Assembly (NCBI GenBank): GCA_030390025.1
Contig: CM059432.1
Coordinates: 100,008,001-100,072,000, forward strand
Direction of reading: 5' to 3'
Source: Squalus acanthias
Taxonomy: Eukaryota
DNA: 64,000 bases
This document shows positions 13,222 to 23,858 of the stretch, piece by piece. A program made the position numbers and the translations under genes. Under the pieces are notes generated by a model. It was not told where the DNA came from and did not search any database. It saw nothing but the letters and a program-made list of their open reading frames with translations. Every line of letters begins with the position of its first letter. The stretch's first letter is position 1.

Positions 13222-13410
13222 ATTATGTTTGCGAATGTTTGAAAAGTAGAAAATAGCTAGTTAACATGTAAAAGTTAAAAATTAAGAACATCAAAACTGA
13301 ACCTCAAAAGTCTTTGATGCTGCAATAAAAGTTCACTGTTTCACTTTAAATTGTGTCTGTTCCTTTCTTTGCCTTGCTGGGGGAGGGGGAGGGAAAAGGC
13401 AACACTATCA

Positions 13411-14537
13411 TCACCTCGTGAAGGTGTTGGCTACTAGCAGTTCCCGAGCAGCCTTACTTTCGGCAGCACTTGGCTCCTCCCCATCAAGCCTGGCCACAGG
13501 CACGTTGGCATCGTCCATGTCCTCCATTTCAGCAGGGAGCTCCTCTGCAGGGTTAAGGGTCAGTACTTCCCGCAGGTCAAAGTTAGGAAAAGCACAACAG
13601 GTCACCACAATCCTTGCCACTTTCAGAGGAGAATACTGCAAGGGCCCCCTTGACCTGTCCAGGCACCGGAAGCATGATTTCAGAACCCCGATTGTCCTCT
13701 CCACCACTTGCTGTGTGGACACATGTGCCTGGTTGTATCTCTCCTGAGCCTCATTATTAGTCTTGCGGTAGGGAGTCATCAGCCATGGTCTTAGCAGGTG
13801 GCCCTTGTCGCCCAATATCCATGAGGATCCTGGAGGCAATGTGCTGAGGGTGCCATATAAGTCCGAGTTACGGAGGACGAAGGAGTCATGAGCACTTCCC
13901 CGGTGATCTGCATTCACATTTAGGAACCTGAGGTGCGCATCACAGACTATCATGACATTCAATGAATGAAACCCCTTCCTGTTGATGTATGTCACAGGTG
14001 CATCCAGTGGTGCCTTCAATGCAACATGGGTTCCATCGACGGCCCCAATCACTTTGGGGAATCCAGCAATGCTATAAAATGCAAGGGCCGTCTCCTTTTG
14101 ATGGTGAGTGGACAAGTCAAAGTCTATGAACTCAGAAGCCCTACGGAAAATGGCATCTGTGACCTGGTGAATGCAGGCCAACGCAGCACTCTGGGAGATG
14201 TTGGAAATGACCCACTTGCAAAGAAGTTCAAAGTTGTGGTTACCTTCATGTTCACTGACAAGGCAGTGCAGGTCTTCGAGCGTGTTTGAAGGTCCTCCTT
14301 TAACATGTCACATAGTCGGCCGATTGCCTCTTTACTGAAGCGCAGCCTCCTCACACACAACTCCTCCGACAGCATCTCAAATGACAGCCTCCCCCTGTAC
14401 ACGCTCTGGGGTGGGGAGTAGTTCCTCCTGATCAGGAGACGGTGATGGTTCCTCAGTCTTCTTTGTTGTTCCCTGGCGTTTCCAATTCTCTGATGCACAA
14501 TCGCACCGAGGATCAGGGCAACATCGTCAAAGGGCAT
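13411..14537 (-). pseudogene. Harbinger DDE transposase (HARBI1-like), one frameshifting lesion near 14200
   Basis: ORFs 14124-14537 and 13411-14181: LNFFASGSF, VIGAVDGTHV, INRKGFHSLNV, ILGDKG, VERTIGVLKS.FRCLD. Confidence 0.9.
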
Positions 14538-16344
14538 GTTTCTCCCTCACAGGCTTCCTCTTTAAACAGATGAAATACTTGTAAGGAAAAAATGAAAAGA
14601 GTTGTAAAAGTAATTTTAATAAAGTGAGTGGCTAGAAAATCACGTCGGGCTATGGTGGGAAACGGGCGGTATCGGATTGGGAACACATCATACCCGCCTG
14701 ATGAATATTACAGCCCGAGATGATTTTCTAAGAACGTTAACATTTTCACAAAGTCATACATACAATTTTTAAAGGGCATGGAAAAGTTAACATATAACTA
14801 ATTGATATTTTCTGGCATAATTTTTTAAAACTTTAGTAAATGTTAAATAATTCATTTTTAAACAGTCATTTTCACATTTAAGAAAATGAAATTTAATTCA
14901 ATAGAATGATTACCTTGCACACAGCGAGAGTTGCTCTTTAAATTAACTACATTACTCAAAACAAGATCCAAAACCGATAAAGTTTTTAACAAATTAAAGT
15001 TGATAAAAACTTACTTCAGGCTTTCTACAAAGAACTTTGCTCACTTTCACAATTAAAAATGTTCCATTTCCAAGCCCACTGCTGAAAGAGTTCTTCTTCC
15101 TGCAGCTTCTTCTGGTAGAATGCAGGCTGTACGCCTGCTTTTACTAGGCGCAGCTGTTTCAGAGTTACCTGGACTGAAGCATTTGAGAAAAAAATCGGAG
15201 CTTTGAGCCGGTAGCGCTGCCTTTCCTGCACATGCGTTTGATCTGTCAAACGCTTTCTTGACAGATCGGAAATGCCGGTTTCCAGTGCATGCACTGTGCA
15301 TGCCTGAAACCGGCATTTCCAATGTCCCTACGGGTGAGTACACAGTGCGTACCCACCCGTAGGGATCGGAATATCCGGGCCATCTTGTTTATCTCATTTG
15401 TCCTGTTTCCATATCTGCCATTGTTCTACTCTTCAGCTCTTATCCAATGTACGTTCACCTTAACCACATCTTCGCAAATCACATCTGTTTATCTCATTTA
15501 TTCTCCTTCCATTCCAAGTATTGACCGCACATCCTTGATTGGCGGCCCATTGTTCAATGCATAGCCTCCTCGCTGCCTTTCACTCCCCTAATCATCGTGT
15601 AATATGCTTTTTCCAACTGTCAGCAACTGTCTTTGTTCTGCCAGACTTCTCCTTTATTACATCAGCCAGCTAGTCAGTTAAGCTGCTAATCTAACTTTTA
15701 AACCCTTCACAGTGATACCCCAGTGGCTGCAGCATGGATGGTGGAAGGCTGCTGACTTTCCATGGGGGAGACTGCAGGATGATCTTGAGCAGATCTGGGC
15801 CTGGAAGCCCGGGCTGTAGACTGCACCGCCTTGGCATGGGCAGCAGCAGTCTGGGCTGGCTGGCTGACAGGCAACAGCAAGGGCACTGGCGGAGTGGCAG
15901 TGGTGGGAGTAGGATTGCTGTCATCCTGAGAGAGGACAGCAGGTTCTTGCTCCACGGAGCCACTGCCACTCCCCTGGGGTGGCGCCTCAGCATTCCTAGC
16001 CATCTGTTGGGGGACAGATTGCTGGAGTGCAAGCCCCTTTCCACCCAGCCACGATGGCAGCAGTCTGAGCTTGTGTGGCAGCAAACTGAGATTGCATGAA
16101 GCAGTCTGAGCTCCCACTGCAGCACTGAGATGTTGGGTCGCTTCCGCTTGTTCTGCAATGGAGGCTGCGACATCAACCATCACACCCGGCATCATGGTTG
16201 GGTCAACAAGTGCTCTATAGAGTTTCCCATCACTTTCATCCTGGAAACTTCTTTACCCAGAGAGTGGTGAGAATGTGGAAGTCGCTACCACACGGAGTGG
16301 TTGAAGCGAATAGTATAGCTGCATTTAAGGGGAGGCTAGATAAG

Positions 16345-16795
16345 CATATGAATCCCCATTCATACGGAACTGTCATAAGTATGAATGGAGATGACTTAAA
16401 AAATACATGAACACATGAAATAAATTTTTAAAAAAACATTACATATATAAAATTAATTAAAATGGCATTTAATTAACTATTTTAAACAAAAATTTAATTT
16501 TTGGAAAAAAAACAGGGCTAAAAATAAACTTACCTTGTTGGACAGGGATTTAAAGCATAAGTGAGAGATGAAATTTTATTTTTCTATTTTTAAAAACTCT
16601 TATGCTGGTAAAAGCAGGCCTTACGCCTGCTTTTACCAGGCGTAAGAATTCCACGGCCTTTCAGTGGATTCTTGACAGATCACAAGTGCCAGGCTTTAGC
16701 GCATGCACATCGCATGCCTAAACCCGGCACTTGCGCAGCCCCTATTGGCACGTGCGCACCTCGTACGCACCCGTAGGGGTCGCAAAATAAGGCTC
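16345..16795. mobile_element. Partial non-autonomous Harbinger element related to the transposase-side end of Harbinger B
   Basis: aaagcaggccttacgcctgcttttaccaggcg and gtacgcacccgtagggg match 15120-15365; preceded by a CR1 scrap at 16245-16345. Confidence 0.6.
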
Positions 16796-17364
16796 ATTGA
16801 AGAATTCTCACAGACAGCAAACCAGGAAGTAAAATACACTGATTTTCCTTCACTTTTAAATCATTTTACAGAGAGCGAAATAAAGATTTGGACATACACA
16901 TGGGATTAAGGTAGAAGCTGAAATATCATAAATAAACTTTAAAAACATTATTATATTAGAAACCTGTGGAATTTTTTTATCATAATGGAAAACATTGACA
17001 TTCCACAAAAATAAAATTAGTTTTCAGGGCCAGAATGGTTGTTCAGCAGTAATTATGACTCAGTGTGCCGTTAAAAACTCAGTTACACCTCATTCAACAA
17101 GGCTTAACTTTTTTGGGGGTTTTAATAGCGATATTCCAGCGTAAAAGGGGAAGTTTTCATCAGTTCAGTGATTTCAATTGATTGCCGGCTCCAGGGAGTT
17201 CAACAGCGCACCCTGTGGAGGAGCAGGGGATGGCTGACAGCAACTTCTGCATTTCCGTGTTTAACTGCAGCTGTGCGTACTCCAGAAGTTGCTGTCAGAT
17301 TCACAGTTGTAATGACGGCGAACACTGAGAGTTTTGTCGTCATTGCAACCACAAATTCTGGGCC
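16796..17364 (+). mobile_element. Partial non-autonomous TIR element (family M3)
   Basis: Ends aaattctgggcc; homologous to 59555-60158 and, inverted, 55751-55960. Confidence 0.65.
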
Positions 17365-17714
17365 AATGAATCAAAACTACCCCAAACCGCTCCCTTGCAG
17401 TGAATAGAAGCTGCTATTCTGTCCTATCAGATAGCTTCTCTATACTGAGGAGAAGTGTCACAACCTTCATTCAAGTGTTTAACAATATTTAGCTATCCAG
17501 GTGCTTGTATTTCTAACACAAGACATTTGTTACTATTATATGAAAATCTATATGCTAGAGGTCAATTGCAAAATCATGTTCTGACTCTACAGCACAAACC
17601 AACCTTTCTGTTGTTAGGATAGCAAAATACTGCAGATGCTGGAAATCCGAAATAACAACAGAAAACGCTGGAAAAACTCAGCAGGCCAGGCAGCATCCGT
17701 GGAGAGAGAAAGAG

Positions 17715-17751
17715 AGTTGACGTTTCAGGTCGATGACCTTTCATCAGAACT
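17715..17751 (-). ncRNA. Minimal type I hammerhead ribozyme motif in Penelope pseudo-LTR
   Basis: Minus strand AGUU-CUGAUGA-A-AGGUC(auc)GACCU-GAAA-CG-UC-AACU: catalytic core, stem II, stem I AGUU/AACU, GUC cleavage triplet. Confidence 0.85.
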
Positions 17752-18032
17752 GGGAAGAGCTGGAAATCAAATAGATTTAAGGCCAGGGTAAAGCTGGGAA
17801 AAGGGGGAGGGGATAAAGGAACAAAGGAGGAGATGAAGAGACATTAAGAGACATTAAGAGATATGCAAGGCTAGAGGTGGTGTTAATGTGACAGATTAAG
17901 GCTGAATGAAGTGTGAAATCTACTGGCAGAATGAAGGACAGCTGCCAGCTTCTAGGAGGAAAAAAAAAAAAAGGTGGGGGGGACAAATAAAAGGGTGGAT
18001 AAAATAAAATATAAATGTGATTGGAGCTGAGG

Positions 18033-19388
18033 TTATGATCTAAAATTGTTGAACTCGATATTGAGTCCAGAGGGCTGTAGCGTGCCTAAACGAAAGATGA
18101 GGTGCTGTTCCTCGAGCTTACGCTGAGCTTCCGTGGAACAGTGTATTAGGCCGAGGACGGTGAGGTCAGAGTGGGAGTGAAGCGGTGAATTAAAGTGACA
18201 GGCCACCGGGAGCTCGGGGTCCCCCTTACGGACTGAACGGAGGTGTTCCGCAAAGCGGTCACCCAATCTGCGTTTGGTCTCCCCAATGTAGAGGAGTCCA
18301 CATCGTGAGCAGCGAATACAGTATACTAAATTGCAGGAAGTACAAGTAAATCGCTGTTTCACCTGGAAGGGGTGTTTGGGGCCCTGGACAGTGGGAAGAG
18401 GGGAGGTATAAGGGCATGTGTTGCATCTCCTGCGCGTGCACGGGAAGGTGCCGGGTGAAGGGGAAGGGGTGCTGGGGGTGGTAGAGGAGTGGACTAGGGT
18501 GTCGCGGAGGGAGCGGTCCCTGCGGAATGCTGAAAGGGGAGGTGAGGGGAAGATGTGTTTGGTGGTGGGATCACGCTGGAGGTGGCGGAAATGGCGGAGG
18601 ATGATCCGTTGAATGTGGAGGCTGGTGGGGTGAAAGGTGAGGACAAGGGGAACCCTATCATGGTTCCGGGAGGGAGGGGCAGGGGTGAGGGCAGATGTGC
18701 GGGAGATAGAACGGACACGGTCGAGGGCCGTGTCGACCACGGTAGAGGGGAATCCTCGGTTGAGGAAAAAGGAAGACATGTCGGAAGCACTGGTATGGAA
18801 GGTGGCATCATCAGAGCAGATGCGGCGGAGACGGAGAAACTGGGAGAATGGAATAGAGTCCTTACAGGAGGCGGGGTGGGAGGAAGTGTAGTCCAGGTAG
18901 CTGTGGGAGTCGGTGGGCTTGTAGTGAATGTTAGTCAATAACCTATCCCCAGAGATGGAGATGGAGAAGTCGAGGAAGGGAAGAGAAGAGTCGGAGATGG
19001 ACCATGTGAAGGTGAGGGAAGGGTGGAAATTGGAAGCATAGTGAATGAAATGTTCTAGTTCAGGGCGAGAGCAGGAGACGGCACCGATACAGTCATCAAT
19101 GTACCGGAAAAAGAGGTGAGGGAGGGGACCCGAGTAGGACTGGAACAAAGAGTGTTCCACATATCCCACGAAAAGGCAGGCATAGCTAGGACCCATGCGG
19201 GTACCCATAGCAACACCTTTAATTTGGAGGAAATGGGTAGAGTCAAAGGAGAAGTTGTTCAATGTGAGAACAAGTTCAGCCAGGCGGAGGAGGGTGGTGG
19301 TGGATGGGGACTGGTTGGGCCTCTGTTCAAGGAAGAAGCGGAGCGCCCTCAGGCCATCCTGGTGGGGAATGGAGGTGTAGAGGGATTG
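18033..19388 (-). CDS. Penelope reverse transcriptase + GIY-YIG endonuclease (5'-truncated open frame)
   Basis: GVAMGTRMGPSYACLF, FFRYIDD, LPFLDF, YKPTD, C..C Zn motif, LVYCIRC..CGLLYIGETKRRLGDRFAEH; frame stays open upstream of 19262. Confidence 0.93.
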   Translation of the reverse strand, partial: QSLYTSIPHQDGLRALRFFLEQRPNQSPSTTTLLRLAELVLTLNNFSFDSTHFLQIKGVAMGTRMGPSYACLFVGYVEHSLFQSYSGPLPHLFFRYIDDCIGAVSCSRPELEHFIHYASNFHPSLTFTWSISDSSLPFLDFSISISGDRLLTNIHYKPTDSHSYLDYTSSHPASCKDSIPFSQFLRLRRICSDDATFHTSASDMSSFFLNRGFPSTVVDTALDRVRSISRTSALTPAPPSRNHDRVPLVLTFHPTSLHIQRIILRHFRHLQRDPTTKHIFPSPPLSAFRRDRSLRDTLVHSSTTPSTPSPSPGTFPCTRRRCNTCPYTSPLPTVQGPKHPFQVKQRFTCTSCNLVYCIRCSRCGLLYIGETKRRLGDRFAEHLRSVRKGDPELPVACHFNSPLHSHSDLTVLGLIHCSTEAQRKLEEQHLIFRLGTLQPSGLNIEFNNFRS

Positions 19389-20722
19389 TACGTCTTTCTG
19401 TTGTTAGGTTGTGTTTGTTCTGCAATCACTTACAGAAAAGTCATCTTCAGCAATTTCACATTAGAGGGCTTTAACATCATTCAGTTTGCCATTACATTCT
19501 GATTATAAGGGCATTATTCTTCTAAACTTCCCCAAAAGGAAGCAACAAAGGTTTACTTCCCTGAATATGTTAACCATCAAAACTGCATTTGCCGGACTGC
19601 ATTCCATATGATAAAGCAGCAATATGTGTCCTGCATTACCATGTAATCATAAACTATCAATCACAACTAATGATCTGCTAAAATACAGCACTACTGCCAG
19701 AAATCACTGGTATTGAACATTAAAGTGTGCTGTGTTTTATTAGACCATACACCAGCGTTTTGTCTGCTTGGGGGCCAAGCCTGATCAAGCTGCAGCAAGT
19801 GAATCCATGTAACAACAAATATGCCAAGAATTTTTCCATTAAGAACATAAGAAACAGGAGCAGGAGTAGGCCAATCGGTCCCTCGAGCCTGCTCCGCCAT
19901 TCAGTAAGATCATGGCTGATCCAATCTTGGCCTCAACACCACTTTCCCGCTCTCTCCCCATACCCCTTGACTCCCTTGTAGTTCAAATGTCTGTCAATAT
20001 CTGCCTTGAATATATTCAATGACTCCGCCTCCACAGCTCTCTGGGGTAGAGAATTCCAAAGATTCACGACCCTCTGAGAGAAGAAATTCCTTCTCATCTC
20101 CATCTTAAATGGGCTACCACTTATTCTGAAACTATGCCCCCTAGTTCTAGATACCACCACTAGAGGAAACATCCTCTCAGCATCCACCCTGTCAATCCCC
20201 CTCAGAATCTTATATGTTTCAATAAGATCACCTCTCATTCTTCTAAAGTCCAATGAGTATAGGCCCAACCTGCTCAACCTTTCGTCATACGTCAACCCCT
20301 TCATCCCAGGAATCAACGTAGTGAACCTTCTCTGTACTGCCTCCAGTGCAAGTATATCCTTCCATAAATATGGAGACCAAAACTGTACGCAGTACTCCAG
20401 GTGTGGGCTCACCAGCGCCCTATAAAGTTGCATCAAAACTTCCCTACTTTTATACTCCATACCCCTTGCAATAAAGGCCAACATTCCATTAGCCTTCCTA
20501 ATTACTTGCTGTACCTGCATGCTAACTTTTTGTGTTTCATGTACTATGACCCCCAGATCCCTTTGTACCGCAGCACTTTGAAGTCTCACTCCATTTAAAT
20601 AATAATTTGCTTTTTCATTCTTCCTTCCAAAGTGGATAACCTCACATTTTCCCACATTATACTCCATCTGCCAAATTTTTGCCCACTCGCTTAACCTATC
20701 TATATCCCTTTGCAGACTTTTT

Positions 20723-21543
20723 GGGGGCGATTTTGCCAGCCCTGGGGAGGCGGGTATGGAGGCGGGACTGCCAGGAAAATGGCAGAATCTGGGAGCGGGT
20801 ACCCATCCTGCCCCCAACCCGCCTGCGTGCCATCTTCCCAGGAGGCGGGTACCCGACCCGCGCCGGGTCCCGTCTCCTCGAGGCGGGAAGGGGATTAGTG
20901 TCAATTAGTGCCAATTTTTGGCTAATCCCTATTTTGCAACCTAAAGTGTGGGCTTCCCGACAGCACCGAACCTCGCCAGGGTCAGTGAGGCGAGCCGTGG
21001 GTCTGCGGGGGTCGGAGGGGCTGAAATGTCCGGTGTGCAGGTGGGTGATGAGTGCAAGTGTGGTGAGGTAAGTGTGTGAGGTTAGTGTAGTGTGTTTTAA
21101 TAAGATTACTTACCTTTGCTTCTTCCTCCAGGCTCCATCCCTTTAGGCTGCGGAGCTGCCTCAACTCACCGGCAGAGAAAGCAGAATGGCCGCTGTATTC
21201 TTAAATGCAGCAGCCTTCTGCTTTCTGCTAAGGAAAGCTTTCTAAGTGAGTCTTCAGTAAAGGACTCAACTTAGAAGACAGATTGTCAGTGTTTGACAGC
21301 TTCACAGAGCTGTCAAACAATGACAATTCATCTGTCAAAAAATCTTGACAGATGAAACATCATACGCTGACGTTCTCTGTCACCGGCTTTCCCTTAATTG
21401 GCCTGCTAAGCCCGCTGGGCGGACTTAACAAGGTCAATCAAGGGAAAATAGCGTGGGTTGGCCAGACGTCAATGGAGGCGGGACTAAAACCCGACAAGCA
21501 GCAGTCCCGTCTCCATCACGTCCCCATTGATAAAATCACCCCC
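20723..21543. mobile_element. Non-autonomous Harbinger-type TIR element inside CR1
   Basis: TIRs gggggcgatttt / aaaatcaccccc; TTT TSD; CR1 RT sequence is contiguous once it is removed. Confidence 0.88.
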
Positions 21544-23675
21544 TTTGTGTCCTCCTCACAACTTGCTAACCCACCTATCTTTGTATCATCAGCAAATTTG
21601 GCTACAGTACACTCGGTCCCTTCATCCAAGTCATTAATGTAGATTGTAAATAGTTGAGGCGCCAGCACTGAAGCCTGTGGCACCCCACTAGTTACAGATT
21701 GCCAAGCGGAAAATGACCCATTTATCCCGACTCTCTGTTTTCTGTTAGTTAGCCAATCCCCTATCCATGCCAATATATTACCCCATGCGCTCTTATCTTG
21801 TGCAGTAACCTTTTATGTGGCACCTTATCGAATGCCTTCTGGAAATCAAATACACTACATCTACTGGTTCCCCTTTATTCACCCTGTTTGTTACATCCTC
21901 AAAGAACTCTAGCAAATTTGTGAAACACAATTTCCCTTTCATAAAACCATGTTGACTCTGCTTGATTGTCTTATGATTTTCTAAATGTCCTGCTATTACC
22001 TCCTTAATAATGGATTCCAGCATTTTCCCAATGACAGATGTTAGGCTAACTGGCCTATAGTTTCCTGCTTTCTGTCTCCCTCCTTTCTTGAATAGTGGCG
22101 TTACATTTGCGGTTTTCCAATCCGCTGGGACCTCTCCAGAATCCAGGGAATTGTGGTAGATTACAACCAACGCATCCACTATCTCTGCAGCCACTTCTTT
22201 TAAGACCCTAGGATGTAGGCCATCAGGTCCAGGGGACTTGTCGGCCTTTAGCCCCATTAGTTTGCCTAGTACTTTTTCTCTAGTGATAGAGATTGATTTA
22301 AGTTCCTTCCTCCCTATAGCCCCTTGATTATCTATTATTATTGGGATTTTTTAGTGTCTTCTACCATGAAGCCCGATCCAAAATAATTGTTTAGAGTCTC
22401 TGCCATATCTCTATTTCCCATTATTAATTCCCCAGTCTCATCCTCTAAGGGACTAACATTTACTTTAGCTACTCTCTTCCTTTTTATATACCTGTAAAAG
22501 CTCTTACTGTCTGTTTTTATATTATTTGCTAGTTTACTCTCATACTCTATCTTCTCCCTCTTTATAATTTTTTTAGTCATCCTTTGCTGGTTTCTAAAAA
22601 TTTCCCAATCCTCTGACCTACCACTAATCTTTGCAACATTGTATGCCTTTTCTTTCAATTTGATACCATCCTTAACTTCCTTAGTTAGTCACGGATGGTG
22701 CATCCTTCTTGTAGAGCCTTTCTTTCTCACTAGAATATACCTTTGCTGAGAGTTATGAAATATCTCTTTAAATGTCTGCCACTGCTGATCTACCGTCTTA
22801 CCCTTTAATCTATTTTCCCAATCCACATTAGCCAACTCTGTCCTCATACCCTTGTAATTGCCTTTATTTAAGTTTAGGACACTAGTTTCAGACCCAGGTG
22901 TCTCACCCTCAAACTGAATTTGAAATTCTACCATGCAATGATCACTCTTTCCTAGGGGATCCTTTACTATGAGATCATTAATTAATCCTGTCTCATTAAA
23001 CATTACCAGATCTAAAATAGCCTGCTCCCTGGTTGGTTCCTCAAAGTATTGCTCTAAGAAACAATCCCGAATACACTTTATGAACTCGTCCTCAAGGCTA
23101 CCCTTGCCAATTTGATTTGTCCAATCTATATGATGATTAGAATCACCCATGATTATTGCAGTACCTTTCTTACAAGCCCCTATTATTTTTTGATTTATAC
23201 TCTGTCCTACAGTATAGCTACTGTTAGGGGGCCTATATACTACTCCCACCAGTGACTTCTTACCTTACTATTTCTTATCTTCACCCAAACTGATTCTATG
23301 TCTTGTGCTTCTGAGCCAATATCATTCCTCACCACTGCAGTGATCTCATCCTTTATTAACAGAGCTGCCCCACCTCCTTTTCCTTTCTGCCTATCCTTCC
23401 GAAATGTCAAATACCCCTGAATATTCAGTTCCCAGCCTTGGTCACCTTGCAACCATGTCTCTGTAATGGCTATCAGATCATACCCATTTATTTCTATTTG
23501 TGCCGTCAACTCATCTATCTTGTTACGAATATTGTGTGTGCATTCAGATAAAGAGCCTTTAATTTTATCTTATCATTTTTCCTTACTCTGACTCTATTTT
23601 CTGGTGCACTCTTATGCTTGTACACACTGCCCCTTCCTGATACATTCTGGTTATCGTTACCCCTGCTGTTGCCCT

Positions 23676-23858
23676 GCATTCATCTACTCTATCTTCCTAT
23701 TTCTGTACTCACTAGCACGTGGCACTGGTAGTAATCTGGAGATTACTACCTTTGAGGTCCTGCTTTTTAACCTCTTTCCTAGCTCCCTAAACTCTGTAGT
23801 TACATGAGTCATACATTGATACATGCAGTGAACTGAATCACTAAATAGGACAGATACT
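23676..23858 (+). repeat. 183-bp local direct duplication of 24139-24321
   Basis: About 4 substitutions seen; includes the CR1 5' junction and ~60 bp of non-CR1 flank. Confidence 0.9.

Larger units (their letters stand above)
10964..15381. mobile_element. Harbinger transposon B with both termini (Myb gene +, transposase -)
   Basis: TIRs gggccgtatattccg / cggaatatccgggcc; convergent two-gene layout; contains M1 copy 2. Confidence 0.85.
10728..15709 (-). mobile_element. Solo LTR (~560 bp: 10728-10963 + 15382-15709), ERV-like, split by Harbinger B
   Basis: Minus-strand ends TGAAGGGTTT..AACCCCCAACA; TSD TAGT/CAGT; minus-strand TATATAA (~10865-10871) followed by AATAAA (~10792-10797). Confidence 0.7.
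6482..16225 (+). mobile_element. Harbinger transposon A (transposase +, Myb last exon -), right part truncated; host of multiple nested insertions
   Basis: Left end homologous to 25544; transposase pieces at 6958-7110 and 8826-9665; intergenic region 9665-9807 and 10551-10727; Myb exon at 15710-16225 matches 28958-29480. Confidence 0.8.
17619..19393 (-). mobile_element. Penelope-like retroelement, 5'-truncated, young
   Basis: Exact 15-bp TSD ctttctgttgttagg at 17604-17618 and 19394-19408; uninterrupted ORF; pseudo-LTR at ~17619-17755. Confidence 0.95.

Noticed and set aside
13411..14537. Host HARBI1 gene
   Set aside because: Frameshifted, paired with a Myb gene, inside TIRs and nested in an LTR; several related decayed copies nearby, so it is a transposon copy
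19933..20904. Novel 323-aa fusion protein
   Set aside because: Chance read-through from the inserted TIR element into the CR1 ORF2 C-terminus
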